From positions 131,012 to 195,011 of the forward strand of contig NZ_JAUYTT010000005.1 in NCBI RefSeq assembly GCF_030695035.1: a stretch of 64,000 nucleotides of DNA, written 5' to 3'. The stretch comes from Frigidibacter sp. GTDB lineage: Bacteria; Pseudomonadota; Alphaproteobacteria; Rhodobacterales; Rhodobacteraceae. Every line of letters begins with the position of its first letter. Positions within the stretch are counted from its first letter, which is position 1. Positions 1 through 9,493 of this stretch are shown here, one piece after another. The position numbers and the translations under genes are program-made. A model generated the notes under the pieces. It did no database searches and was not told where the DNA came from. It saw only the letters and a program-made list of their open reading frames with translations.

Positions 1-1
1 G

Positions 2-865
2 GACCTGCCCGGGGTCCTGGGCCTGCGCGATCTGGACGATGCGCAGCGCCTGCGGGGCGCGATGAGCACCGCCCGCCATGCCGCGATCATCGGTGGCGGC
101 TTCATCGGGCTGGAGTTTGGCGCGGTGGCTCGCGGGGCCGGACTCGGCGCCACAGTGATCGAGGCCGCCCCCCGCCTGATGGCCCGCGCGCTCAGCCCGC
201 AGATGTCGGGCCGCTTCGCGACGCTCCACCGGGACATGGGCACAGAGCTGTGCCTCGGCCGGCTGGCGGTGGAGGTGCTGGAGGCCGAGGGCAGGGCGGC
301 TGGCGTCCGGCTGGATGACGGAACCCGGGTCCACGCCGATCTGGTGCTGCTGGCGGCGGGGGTGGTTCCCAATACCGAACTGGCGCAGGAGGCGGGCCTT
401 GCCGTTGCCAACGGCATCGTGGTTGACAAGCATCTGCGCAGCAGCGATCCCGCGATCTTCGCCCTCGGTGATTGCGCGACCTTCCCCTGCCGCCGCATGG
501 GCGCGCCGCTCCGGCTGGAATCCGTGCAGGCCGCAACCGATCAGGCCCGCGCCATCGCCCGCACCATCATGGGCCAGCCCGCGCCCTATGATGCCCTGCC
601 GTGGTTCTGGAGCGATCAGGGCCCCCACAAACTGCAGATCGCGGGGGCCTGTCTGCCAAGCGACGCGGCGGTGCCGGTGGGCGACAATATTGTCATCCGC
701 TTCCGCGACTGTCATATGACCGGGGTGGAAACCATCAATGCCCCGGGCGTCCACATGGCGGCACGCAAGCTGCTGGCTACGGGCCTTGGCCCCACACAGG
801 CAGACGCGGCGGCGGCAGGATATGATCTTCGGGCACTGGCAGCGGAGAGGAAGGCGACGGTGTGA
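2..865 (+). CDS. FAD-dependent pyridine nucleotide-disulfide oxidoreductase, ferredoxin-reductase-like (5' end lies outside the window)
   Basis: The frame is open from base 2. It carries the NAD-binding motif IIGGGFIGLEFG, the FALGDCA motif and a C-terminal reductase-type domain (ORF 62..865). Confidence 0.85.
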   Translation, partial: DLPGVLGLRDLDDAQRLRGAMSTARHAAIIGGGFIGLEFGAVARGAGLGATVIEAAPRLMARALSPQMSGRFATLHRDMGTELCLGRLAVEVLEAEGRAAGVRLDDGTRVHADLVLLAAGVVPNTELAQEAGLAVANGIVVDKHLRSSDPAIFALGDCATFPCRRMGAPLRLESVQAATDQARAIARTIMGQPAPYDALPWFWSDQGPHKLQIAGACLPSDAAVPVGDNIVIRFRDCHMTGVETINAPGVHMAARKLLATGLGPTQADAAAAGYDLRALAAERKATV

Positions 866-1374
866 CGGAAGAGACCCAGACACTCCCGGTTTGCCCCGAG
901 GGTCGGCTGTCCTGCCCGACGATAGAGCGCGACGGCCGCCAGATCGTCGATGTCCGCACCTACATTCCCTTCCTGCTCAGCTCGGTCAACAACGCGCTGT
1001 CGGGCGGGGCTTCGAGCCTCTACCGCGAGATGTTCGGGGTGGGCATCGTCGAATGGCGCACCATGTCGATGCTGGCGATCGAGCCGCGCATCACCGCCAA
1101 CCGGATCTGCGAGGTCGTTCACCTCGACAAGGCCGCGACAAGCCGCGCCCTGAAGCAGCTTGAGAAGGATGGCCGCGTCGAGTTCGTCACCTCGGAAACC
1201 GACGAGCGCAAGCGCCTGTGGTGGCTCAACGGCGCCGGCTATGATCTGCATGACCGCATCCTGGCGGTGGCCCTGGGCCGCGAGTCCCGGTTGATCCGCG
1301 GGGTGGATCCCGAAGACTTGGAGGCCTTCATCCGCGCGATGCGCCGGATGCAGCTCAACCTGGCGGACGTGTAG
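862..1374 (+). CDS. MarR family transcriptional regulator
   Basis: 170 aa with a winged-helix core (ANRICEVVHLDKAATSRALKQLEKDGRV). The GTG start overlaps the upstream stop (GTGA). Confidence 0.85.
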   Translation: MTEETQTLPVCPEGRLSCPTIERDGRQIVDVRTYIPFLLSSVNNALSGGASSLYREMFGVGIVEWRTMSMLAIEPRITANRICEVVHLDKAATSRALKQLEKDGRVEFVTSETDERKRLWWLNGAGYDLHDRILAVALGRESRLIRGVDPEDLEAFIRAMRRMQLNLADV

Positions 1375-1470
1375 CCAAGGCGCAGTCCCTTCGCGGACCA
1401 TTACAGCGACCATTCACATTGCACCTTGGCGCTGATAGCATGAAAATTCCTTTTCAGGCTCCGGTGCCTC

Positions 1471-2304
1471 ATGTCCAGAAGTAAATCGTTTCTAACGCGG
1501 GTGCGGGCAGCCGCGGCGACGCTTGGGCCGGCAGAGCGTAAGCTTGGCGAACTGGTGATCGATTTCCCCGGCGAGCTTGCCAGCTATACAGCCTCGGAGC
1601 TTGCCACATTGGCGGGCGTGTCGAATGCGACGGTGACGCGCTTCGTGCGCCGCCTTGGTTACCAGTCCTATGAAGAGGCCCGTCTTCATGCGCGGGAAGA
1701 ACGTGCCACCGGGTCGCGGGCCTATATCGCCGCGGCGCAGGCCGAGGCGCCGGATCTTGCCAATTACACCGACCATGACAGCCGCAACCTGCAGCTCAGC
1801 CTGGCGGGGGTAGAGATTGAAGATATCGACCGGCTGGCCCTGCGGCTTCTGTCGGCGCGCAAGGTCTGGGTCGTGGGATTTCGCGCCTCGACCGCCTTTG
1901 CGGTCTACCTGCATTGGCAATTGACGCAGGTGATCGAGCAGATCGTGGCGATTCCGGGCGCCGGGCAGACCATGGGCGAACACCTGGTCAGCCTTGGCCC
2001 CGAGGACGCCGTGATCTTCTTCGGCCTGCGCCGCCGGGTCGCGCAGACCGATGCTCTGCTGGCCGAGATCGTCGCGAAGGGGGCCACACTTGTTCACGTC
2101 ACGGATGAGGGCGTCGAACCTCTGGCGGCGGCCGCATGGCATTTCCGTTGCGAGACAAGCTCTCCGGGTCCGCTGTTCAGCCATGTCGCGGTGATGGGGC
2201 TGTGCAACCTTATCGCCAACCGGACCATCGCGCTGGCGGACCGGGCGGGCCGAGAACGGCTGCGCGAGATCGAGCGACTCAACGATCTTCTGGGTGAGCT
2301 TTGA
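1471..2304 (+). CDS. RpiR/MurR family transcriptional regulator (HTH plus SIS domain)
   Basis: N-terminal HTH (ELATLAGVSNATVTRFVRRLGYQSYEE) followed by a SIS-like region (VWVVGFRASTAFAVYL). Confidence 0.9.
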   Translation: MSRSKSFLTRVRAAAATLGPAERKLGELVIDFPGELASYTASELATLAGVSNATVTRFVRRLGYQSYEEARLHAREERATGSRAYIAAAQAEAPDLANYTDHDSRNLQLSLAGVEIEDIDRLALRLLSARKVWVVGFRASTAFAVYLHWQLTQVIEQIVAIPGAGQTMGEHLVSLGPEDAVIFFGLRRRVAQTDALLAEIVAKGATLVHVTDEGVEPLAAAAWHFRCETSSPGPLFSHVAVMGLCNLIANRTIALADRAGRERLREIERLNDLLGEL

Positions 2305-2374
2305 CAAACCGCCCACGTGGCAGCCTTGCACCCCAAAATACCGCATAAGGCGAGGGCATATTGGAAATGGCGAT

Positions 2375-2463
2375 GAAAACTGGTTTTCTCACACCGCAGG
2401 AATCGTCGCATGATGGTGAAAATATGTTTTCATTTGCTTGGGAAACATCCCCAGAATGAAAAC
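2375..2463. promoter_or_regulatory. Candidate operator set: two 14-bp palindromes plus one half-site upstream of the TRAP operon
   Basis: GAAAACTGGTTTTC at 2375..2388 is a perfect palindrome. GAAAATATGTTTTC at 2418..2431 has one mismatch to it. A GAAAAC half-site lies at 2458..2463. All three sit in the 181-bp gap between the rpiR-like gene and dctP. Confidence 0.4.
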
Positions 2464-2485
2464 ATGACCGACAGGAAGGGATACC

Positions 2486-3514
2486 ATGCTTCGCACACTG
2501 CTGATCACCACCTGCACATTCCTCGGCTCTGCCGCCTTCGCCGAAACCGTCACCCTGCGCGTCCTGGGCCAGCCCTCGGGCTCTGGCCTGATCGCACAGC
2601 AGAAGGAACAGCCGTTCTTCGAGGCGCTGGCCGAAAAAACCGGGCTCGACATCAAGGTGGAATACCTGCCGATCGACGTGGCGGGCATTCCTGATACCGA
2701 CGCGCTGCGCATCCTGAAATCCGGGCTGTTCGACATCATCTCGATCCGCGGACCGCAGGTCAGCCGGGATGAGCCATCGGTTCTGGGCCTCGACCTCGTC
2801 GGCCTGAACACCAGCTACGAGGCTGGCAAGGCGCATGTCGAGGCCTTCTTGCCCTATGTCGATCAGCGCCTGCAAAAGCAGTTTAACGCCAAGCTTTACG
2901 GCATGTGGCCCGCCGGCCCGCAGGTGATCTTCTGCAAACCCGAAATCGCCGGCCTGTCTGATCTGAAGGGTCTGAAGATCCGGGTGGGCGACCAGTCTGC
3001 GGCAAATTTCGTGGCGAACCTTGGCGCGACCGGCATTTCGATGCCCTTCGGCGAGGTGCAGCAATCGCTGGCTCGCGGCGTGGTGGATTGCGCGATCACC
3101 GGCCCGGCCTCGGCCAATACCGGCGGCTGGCCCGAGGCGACGACGACGGTTCTGCCCGTCGCGCTGCAGCTGGCGATGAACGGCTATGCCATCAACCTCA
3201 AGAGCCTCGAGAAATTCTCGCCCGAGGATCAGGTCAAGCTGGAAGCCGCGATTGACGAGCTGACGGCCGAGATCTGGACCTTCTCGGAAGAGCTCTACAG
3301 CGATGCGATGCGCTGCAACACCGGCCAGCAGCCCTGCGAGCGCGGCGTCCCCTACGCACTGACCGAAGCGCCGGTGTCCGAGGCCGACCTGAAGCTGGTA
3401 TCCGATGCGGTGGGCGCGGTGTCACTGCCGATCTGGGCCGAGCAGTGCAACGCCGTCGCGGCCGATTGCGAAGAGGTGTGGCGCACCAGCGTCGGCGCCG
3501 GTCTCGGCCTGTAA
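2486..3514 (+). CDS. TRAP transporter substrate-binding protein (DctP family)
   Basis: Has a signal peptide (LGSAAFA), is 342 aa long, and is followed by DctQ/DctM genes. Confidence 0.85.
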   Translation: MLRTLLITTCTFLGSAAFAETVTLRVLGQPSGSGLIAQQKEQPFFEALAEKTGLDIKVEYLPIDVAGIPDTDALRILKSGLFDIISIRGPQVSRDEPSVLGLDLVGLNTSYEAGKAHVEAFLPYVDQRLQKQFNAKLYGMWPAGPQVIFCKPEIAGLSDLKGLKIRVGDQSAANFVANLGATGISMPFGEVQQSLARGVVDCAITGPASANTGGWPEATTTVLPVALQLAMNGYAINLKSLEKFSPEDQVKLEAAIDELTAEIWTFSEELYSDAMRCNTGQQPCERGVPYALTEAPVSEADLKLVSDAVGAVSLPIWAEQCNAVAADCEEVWRTSVGAGLGL

Positions 3515-3527
3515 GGGCGGGGCGGTG

Positions 3528-4115
3528 ATGGAGCGGTATTCAAGGATCCTCGGGATCATCTTCGGGGTCGTCATGATCTCTTTGTCTCTGGCGGTCACCG
3601 CCGAGACGCTCCTGCGCAAGCTGCTGTCCCATTCGATGGGCGGCATTGACGAGCTTGGCGGCTATGCCATCGCCATTGTCGCCCCCCTTGCCTTTACCGT
3701 GGCGCTGATCGGGCGGTCCCACATCCGCATCAACCAGGTGACGCAGCACTTCCCGCGGCCTGTGCAGGCTGTGCTGGATGTGGCTGCCGTGGCCTCGCTG
3801 ATGCTGCTGGGTCTGTTCTTCTTCTGGTTCACCGTGCAGACGGTCCTGGAAACCAAGGCCTACCGGTCCATCGCGCAGACGCCTTGGGCCACGCCGCTGA
3901 TCTGGCCGCAGTCGATCTGGCTGATCACCTCGGCCACCTTCCCGATTGCGGGTGTCATCCTGACCGTCCGGGCCGTGCAGCTGCTGCTGCGCGGGGACTG
4001 GCGGGGGATCGGGCGCGAGTTCGGCACCATCTCGCCCGAGGAAGAGCTGCAGGCCGAGCTTGAGGACCTGAAGCGCCGCGAAGGGACACCCGTCCTGGAA
4101 GGAGCCACCCGATGA
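3528..4115 (+). CDS. TRAP transporter small permease (DctQ family)
   Basis: Four predicted TM segments. I chose the internal ATG at 3528 (MERYSRILGIIFG); the upstream part of ORF 3405.. overlaps the end of dctP. Confidence 0.8.
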   Translation: MERYSRILGIIFGVVMISLSLAVTAETLLRKLLSHSMGGIDELGGYAIAIVAPLAFTVALIGRSHIRINQVTQHFPRPVQAVLDVAAVASLMLLGLFFFWFTVQTVLETKAYRSIAQTPWATPLIWPQSIWLITSATFPIAGVILTVRAVQLLLRGDWRGIGREFGTISPEEELQAELEDLKRREGTPVLEGATR

Positions 4116-5419
4116 GCATTGCCATTGTCGGCATCGGCTTTGGCGCGATGCTTGCCCTGATGTTCCTCAGTGTGCCGATCGCCGTGACCATCCTGTCGAT
4201 CGGGGCCTTTGGCGGCTACATGCTCTATGGCACGCCGCTGGTCGATATGCTGGGCGGCGTGATCTGGACCAGCCTGAACAGCCCCACCATGCTGGCCATC
4301 CCGCTGTTCATGATGCTGGGAGAGCTGCTGCTGCGCGGCGGCATCGCCGACCGGATGTATGATGCGATGGCGGTCTGGCTGGGCCGCCTGCCGGGCGGGC
4401 TGCTCCATTCCAACATCGCCACCTGCACGATGTTCTCGGCCACCTCCGGATCTTCCGTCGCCACGGCGGCGACGGTGGGCACCATCGCCCTGCCCGCGCT
4501 GGAGCAATACAAATACCCGATGCCGGCCTCGCTTGGGTCGCTGGCAGCGGGGGGCACCCTCGGCATCCTGATCCCGCCCTCGGTCAACCTGCTGGTCTAT
4601 GGCTCCATCGCCAATACCTCGGTTGGGCAGCTCTTTGCTGCCGGCGTGGTGCCGGGTCTGCTGCTGGCGCTGTCCTTCTCGGCCTATATCGCCCTCTTCC
4701 ACGGCAAGGCGGGGGCCGAGGCAACGGGACTGACCACCATGCCACTTCGCCAGAAGCTGGCGCTTGGCAAACACCTGATCCCGCCGGCGATCATCTTCGG
4801 CGTGGTCATGGGCTCGATCTATGGCGGGCTGGCGACACCGACGGAATCGGCGGCCATCGGGGTGATGCTGGCGCTTGGCTTCGTGGCGCTGAATGGCCGG
4901 CTGACGGTGGATCTGCTGATCAACTGCTCGGTCCAGGCGGCCAAGACCTCCGGGATGGTGATGATCGTTCTGGTGGTCTCGCTGCTGCTGAACGTCACCA
5001 TCTCGATGACCGGGGCGGCGCAGGCGATGACGACATGGGTGGGCGGCTTCGGGTTCGAGCGGATCACCCTGCTGTTCGTGCTGCTGCTTTTCTACGTGCT
5101 GCTGGGGACCTTCATGGATGCGATGTCGATGATGGTGCTGACGGTGCCGATCGTCCTGCCGATCGTGCTTGCCGCAGGGATCGACCCGGTCTGGTTCGGC
5201 ATCTTCATCGTCATCATGTGCGAGGTCGCGCTGATCACGCCGCCGGTGGGGATGAACCTGTTCGTGGTGCACGGGGTCCGCACCGATGGCGGCAGCTATG
5301 CCGATGTCACGCGCGGCGCGCTGCCCTATGTCGCGGTGATGATGCTGTTCACGGTTGCCCTGATGATCTGGCCGCAGATCGTGATGTGGCTGCCCGACAT
5401 GCTTGCGGGGCGGCAGTGA
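4112..5419 (+). CDS. TRAP transporter large permease (DctM family)
   Basis: 435 aa polytopic membrane protein with DctM-type motifs (GGTLGILIPPS, ITPPVGMNLFV). Its ATGA overlaps dctQ. Confidence 0.92.
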   Translation: MSIAIVGIGFGAMLALMFLSVPIAVTILSIGAFGGYMLYGTPLVDMLGGVIWTSLNSPTMLAIPLFMMLGELLLRGGIADRMYDAMAVWLGRLPGGLLHSNIATCTMFSATSGSSVATAATVGTIALPALEQYKYPMPASLGSLAAGGTLGILIPPSVNLLVYGSIANTSVGQLFAAGVVPGLLLALSFSAYIALFHGKAGAEATGLTTMPLRQKLALGKHLIPPAIIFGVVMGSIYGGLATPTESAAIGVMLALGFVALNGRLTVDLLINCSVQAAKTSGMVMIVLVVSLLLNVTISMTGAAQAMTTWVGGFGFERITLLFVLLLFYVLLGTFMDAMSMMVLTVPIVLPIVLAAGIDPVWFGIFIVIMCEVALITPPVGMNLFVVHGVRTDGGSYADVTRGALPYVAVMMLFTVALMIWPQIVMWLPDMLAGRQ

Positions 5420-6150
5420 CGCTTGCCCCCGCACACACGGTTGTACCCTTAACGAGTGCGGAGGCGCCCCTGTGGCGCCTCCTTGTCGTCAACCCCAACA
5501 GCAACCCCGCTGTGAATTTCCTGCTGCGCGCGGTCGCCGACCGCGTTCTGCCCGCCGGCGCCGTGGCGCAGATCGTCAGCTCTGCGCAAAGCCCGCTGTC
5601 CATCGAAACCCCGGCCCACCGGGCACGCGCCGAACCGCTGGCGGTGGGCCTGCTGGCCGCCCATCCGGGATTCGACGCCTATGTCATGGCCTGTTTCGAC
5701 GATATCGCGCTGTCCGAGGGGCGGCGGTTGCTGCCTGCACCGGTGATCGGCGCAGTCGAGGCGGCGGTCGCAATGGCACGGCTTCGCGCGGACCGCTTCG
5801 CCGTGGTCACGACGGTCGAGACCGCGATCCCCGGCATTCGCCGTGTGCTGGACGGGCTTGGCGCGGGCCCGCAATGCGCCGTTCACGCTGCCGGGATTGG
5901 CGTCGCCACTGCCGCGAACGGATCCCGTGCCGCGGATCTGCGTCTGGATGCGGCCATCGCCCATGCGCGCGACAGGGGCGGTGCCGGGGCCATCATCCTC
6001 GGTTCTGCTGGCCTGGCAGGACGTGCGGCAGAGCTGGAGGCGCGGCATGGCCTGCCGGTGATCGACGCGATGGAGGCCGCGATTCGCCTTGCCTATGCCA
6101 CCGTCCGAACCCGCCAAGAGGGCCCGGCTCCGCAAAGCGCCGACATATAG
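5416..6150 (+). CDS. Asp/Glu/hydantoin racemase family protein
   Basis: LLVVNPNSN N-terminus and a second half-domain (AIILGSAGLAG). The GTG at 5416 overlaps the dctM stop (GTGA). The upstream part of ORF 5035.. lies inside dctM. Confidence 0.8.
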   Translation: MTLAPAHTVVPLTSAEAPLWRLLVVNPNSNPAVNFLLRAVADRVLPAGAVAQIVSSAQSPLSIETPAHRARAEPLAVGLLAAHPGFDAYVMACFDDIALSEGRRLLPAPVIGAVEAAVAMARLRADRFAVVTTVETAIPGIRRVLDGLGAGPQCAVHAAGIGVATAANGSRAADLRLDAAIAHARDRGGAGAIILGSAGLAGRAAELEARHGLPVIDAMEAAIRLAYATVRTRQEGPAPQSADI

Positions 6151-6194
6151 CGCTGACAGCGCGGCGGGGGCTGAACGGGGTTGCGCCTCAGGCG

Positions 6195-7073
6195 TCAGCA
6201 GGGCGGCAGCATCTCGCGGACCCGGCGCAGGACCGGGTTGCCGTTCTCGCGTGACCAGCTGGCGAACATGTCGGCGTGGCAGGCAAGAGGACGCGCCAGC
6301 GGTCGGAACACGATGTTGTCGAAGCTGGCATTGCGCGCACAGGCTGGGACGATGGCCAGCCCGATCCCGGTGCTGACCAGCGACAGGATCGCCTGCGAAT
6401 GGGTCATCTGCAGCACCACCCGCGGCGAGATCCCTGCCTTTTGCAAGAGCCCGGTCAGCATGTCATGCAGATGGCGGGCGGCCGGAGCGAACATGATAAA
6501 CGGCTCGCCCTCCAGCGCTTTGGCTGGCGGGCGGCGACGGATCGACAGGGGATGGTCCTGCGGGATCGCCAGCATCATCGGCTCATGTGCGATACGCACA
6601 CAGTCGATCATCGGTCCGCCGGACAGGGGGCGTGACAGGCCAAGGTCGATGCGCCCGGTGCGGAGGGCCTCGTCCTGCTCTGCCGTCTCCAACTGGATCA
6701 GGTCGAACTCCACGCCCGGCAATTCGGTCTGCGCCATCTTCACCAGCTGGGGCAGCACTTCGTAGGTCGCGGCCCCGACAAACCCCACGGTCAGCTTGCC
6801 CGACACAACCCTAGCTGCCCGCCGCGTGGCGATGACCGCGGCGTCAGTCTGGGCCAGCAGGCGCCTGGCCTCGACCAGAAATGCCTGGCCGGCGGGCGTC
6901 ATGGTCACGCGCCTGCTCGTACGCTCGAACAAGAGCACGTCAAGCTGCTGTTCCAGCTGCTGGATATGGCGGCTGAGCGGCGGCTGCGAGATGTTCAGCC
7001 GCAGCGCCGCGCGGCTGAAGTTCAGCTCCTCGGCCAGGATCACGAAGTAGCGGACCTGAAGCAGTTCGATCAT
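6195..7073 (-). CDS. LysR family transcriptional regulator
   Basis: N-terminal HTH (LQVRYFVILAEELNFSRAALRLNISQPPLSRHIQQLE) plus a LysR substrate-binding domain. It is divergent from the dehydratase gene. Confidence 0.92.
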   Translation of the reverse strand: MIELLQVRYFVILAEELNFSRAALRLNISQPPLSRHIQQLEQQLDVLLFERTSRRVTMTPAGQAFLVEARRLLAQTDAAVIATRRAARVVSGKLTVGFVGAATYEVLPQLVKMAQTELPGVEFDLIQLETAEQDEALRTGRIDLGLSRPLSGGPMIDCVRIAHEPMMLAIPQDHPLSIRRRPPAKALEGEPFIMFAPAARHLHDMLTGLLQKAGISPRVVLQMTHSQAILSLVSTGIGLAIVPACARNASFDNIVFRPLARPLACHADMFASWSRENGNPVLRRVREMLPPC

Positions 7074-7176
7074 CTATTCAGTTTCCGTATTGATTCTTGT
7101 CAAAACCGATCTTGGACTTGAGCGAGTGAACCGCAATAGCCTTGCCCGAAACCCGCATCATCTAAGGCTGCCCGAC

Positions 7177-8313
7177 ATGACCACCACCTCCGACAAGATC
7201 GCCTGGATCCGGCTTTCGGCCATCCATCTGCCGCTGAAGGCCCCGATCAGCGATGCCAAGGTGCTCACCGGTCGGCAAAAGCCGCTGACCGAAGTTGCCT
7301 GCCTCTTTGCCGAGATCGAGACGGTTGACGGCCATTCCGGCATCGGCTTCAGCTATTCCAAGCGGGCTGGCGGGCCGGGGCAGTTCGAACATGCCAAGGA
7401 GATCGCGCCGGTTCTGCTGGGCGAGGATCCCAATGACATTGCCAAGCTGTGGACCAAGCTGGCCTGGGCGGGCGCTTCGGTCGGGCGCAGCGGGCTGGCG
7501 GTGCAGGCAATTGCCGCCTTCGACATCGCGCTGTGGGACATGAAGGCCAAGCGGGCCGGGCTGCCGCTGTCCAAGCTGCTGGGGGCGCACAGGGATTCGG
7601 TGCAGTGCTACAACACCTCGGGCGGGTTCCTGTCCTCGCCGCTGGCGGAGGTGCTGGACAATGTCGAGCGGTCCATCGAGCAGGGGATCGGCGGCATCAA
7701 GATCAAGGTCGGCCAGCCCGACATGGCCGAAGACCTGCGCCGGGTTGCGGCGGTGAACGACAAGATCGGCGGGCGGGTGTCGTTGATGGTCGACGCCAAC
7801 CAGCAATGGGACCGCCCGGCCGCAATGCGCGCCTGCCGCCAGCTGGAGGCCTTCAACCTGGTGTGGATCGAAGAGCCGCTGGATGCCTATGACAGCGAGG
7901 GTCATGCCGCACTTGCCGCCGCGCTGGACACGCCGATTGCCACCGGCGAGATGCTGGCCAGCGTGGCCGAGCATATCGACCTGATCCAGAGGAACGCGGT
8001 GGACTTCATCCAGCCCGACGCACCCCGCGTCGGCGGCATCACCCAGTTCCTGCGGATCTGCGCGCTGGCCGAGCAGAAGAAGCTGAAACTCGCCCCGCAT
8101 TTCGCGATGGAGATTCACCTGCATCTGGCGGCCGCCTATGAGTTCGAGCCCTGGGTCGAGCATTTCGACTGGCTGGACCCGTTGTTCAACGAGCGGCTGG
8201 AGAATAGGAACGGCCGGATGATCGTCCCGAACCGCCCCGGGCTTGGCTTCACCCTGTCCGATCAGGCGATGGCGTGGAAACGCGCAGATGCCGAATTCGG
8301 CAAACGGCCATGA
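7177..8313 (+). CDS. Enolase-superfamily enzyme, mandelate racemase subgroup (L-talarate/galactarate dehydratase-like)
   Basis: Carries the KIKVG (KxK) motif, metal-ligand context MVDANQQW / IEEP / GE, and APHFAMEIHLHL. I prefer the ATG at 7177 (MTTTSDK). Confidence 0.9.
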   Translation: MTTTSDKIAWIRLSAIHLPLKAPISDAKVLTGRQKPLTEVACLFAEIETVDGHSGIGFSYSKRAGGPGQFEHAKEIAPVLLGEDPNDIAKLWTKLAWAGASVGRSGLAVQAIAAFDIALWDMKAKRAGLPLSKLLGAHRDSVQCYNTSGGFLSSPLAEVLDNVERSIEQGIGGIKIKVGQPDMAEDLRRVAAVNDKIGGRVSLMVDANQQWDRPAAMRACRQLEAFNLVWIEEPLDAYDSEGHAALAAALDTPIATGEMLASVAEHIDLIQRNAVDFIQPDAPRVGGITQFLRICALAEQKKLKLAPHFAMEIHLHLAAAYEFEPWVEHFDWLDPLFNERLENRNGRMIVPNRPGLGFTLSDQAMAWKRADAEFGKRP

Positions 8314-8950
8314 CGGGCGGAGCGGCGGCACAAGGCCCGGGTGGGATCGCACTTGTCACCGGCGGTGGCAGCGGGGTAGGGCGCGCCGTCGCGCAGGCGC
8401 CAGCCGACGACGGCTGGACGTGGTCATCGACGGGCGCACCGCGGCGGCGCTGGACGTGACCGCGGGCGATGCGCCGGGGCGGATCACGCCATCTCTGCAG
8501 ATGTGACCGACCCGGCAGCCGTCAATGCACTCTTCGCGCAGATCGCCGGCTGTTTTGGGCGGCTGAACCTGCTGTTCAACAATGCCGGGGTGAACGTGCC
8601 CAAGGTTCCGCTGGACGAACTGAGCGTGGAGGATCTGCGCCAGATCATCGACATCAACCTGTTTGGCTCGATGCACTGCGCCCGGGCAGAGAACCCCTGT
8701 TGAGCGCGGCCGAGTGGCTGTGGACTTGCCGCAGCGAACACCCCAACATGGCTGCGGCAGGATCACCCGCGCAAAAGCTGACTGGGCCGAGCGGAGCAAG
8801 GCTTGCATACCCTATGCTGGCCCAGACCGGAATGGCCGCGCCGCGGCCCGAACTGTCCGGCAGGCGGACAGGTCCGCACCGGTGGTCGCGTTCCGGGCCG
8901 TGGCCTTTAAACATGTGCCCGGGAGAATTGTTTTATCGGAGGGGGGAGCC
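8310..8950 (+). pseudogene. Short-chain dehydrogenase/reductase (SDR) pseudogene, multiply frameshifted
   Basis: The ATG at 8310 overlaps the dehydratase stop (ATGA). IALVTGGGSGVGRAV lies in one frame, DVVIDGR in a second, and DVTDPAAVNALFAQIAGCFGRLNLLFNNAG...INLFGS in a third, each ended by stops. The 3' end is approximate. Confidence 0.6.
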
Positions 8951-9012
8951 ATGCGCAGATTTGCGCCAGCGTCAGGATATCCGCATTTCACATCTGCCGG
9001 GGGACGGGCCTG

Positions 9013-9492
9013 ATGGCCGCCGGCGCGACATCTTGGGTAACGCGCGGCCTGCTGGGCATTGCGGCGGGCAGCTTCGTTTTGGGGGCGGGCGTCACGGTGG
9101 CGGATGTCATCGCGCGGCGGCTGGCCTCCGCCAATGTGCCCGGCGCAATCGAGATCACCTCGCTGTTGATCGGCTTCGGGGCGCTGGTCTCGATGCCGGT
9201 CTGCTACGCGCAGCGTAACCACGTCACCGCAAAGCTGCTGTCCGAGATCAGCCCCAGCCGGTTTGCCCGCCCGCTGGGCCGGACCGGCGCCTGGGCCTCG
9301 CTGGCCTTTGCCGCGGTGATGCTGTGGATCATGGGCAAGAACACCTGGGACAAGCTCGGCTCGCCCGAAACCTCGCGGGATCTCGGCCTGTCGATGCCGT
9401 GGCTGCTGGGCTTCGTGACCGTCACGCTCGCCTTTGCCCTCGTCGCCGCGCTGATCGGGCTGCGGCGCGAATACCAAGATCCAAGGGGCTGA
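9013..9492 (+). CDS. TRAP transporter small permease (DctQ family)
   Basis: 159 aa with four TM segments, directly upstream of a DctM gene. Confidence 0.8.
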   Translation: MAAGATSWVTRGLLGIAAGSFVLGAGVTVADVIARRLASANVPGAIEITSLLIGFGALVSMPVCYAQRNHVTAKLLSEISPSRFARPLGRTGAWASLAFAAVMLWIMGKNTWDKLGSPETSRDLGLSMPWLLGFVTVTLAFALVAALIGLRREYQDPRG

Positions 9493-9493
9493 A

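Noticed and set aside
3860-5434. Very long antisense ORFs opposite real genes. Examples are 3860..5434, 9422..10822, 11340..13418, 24848..27496 (882 aa), 48377..51187 (936 aa) and 56333..59443 (1036 aa).
   Set aside because: Their products are monotonous R/G/P/H/Q/D-rich strings without motifs. Each mirrors a sense-strand gene that has clear family signatures. Long stop-free antisense frames are expected in GC-rich DNA with GC3-biased codons.
7074-7176. I searched the LysR/dehydratase divergent region for a clear T-N11-A LysR box.
   Set aside because: Several loose T-N11-A matches exist by chance, but none has convincing dyad symmetry. I cannot support a specific site.
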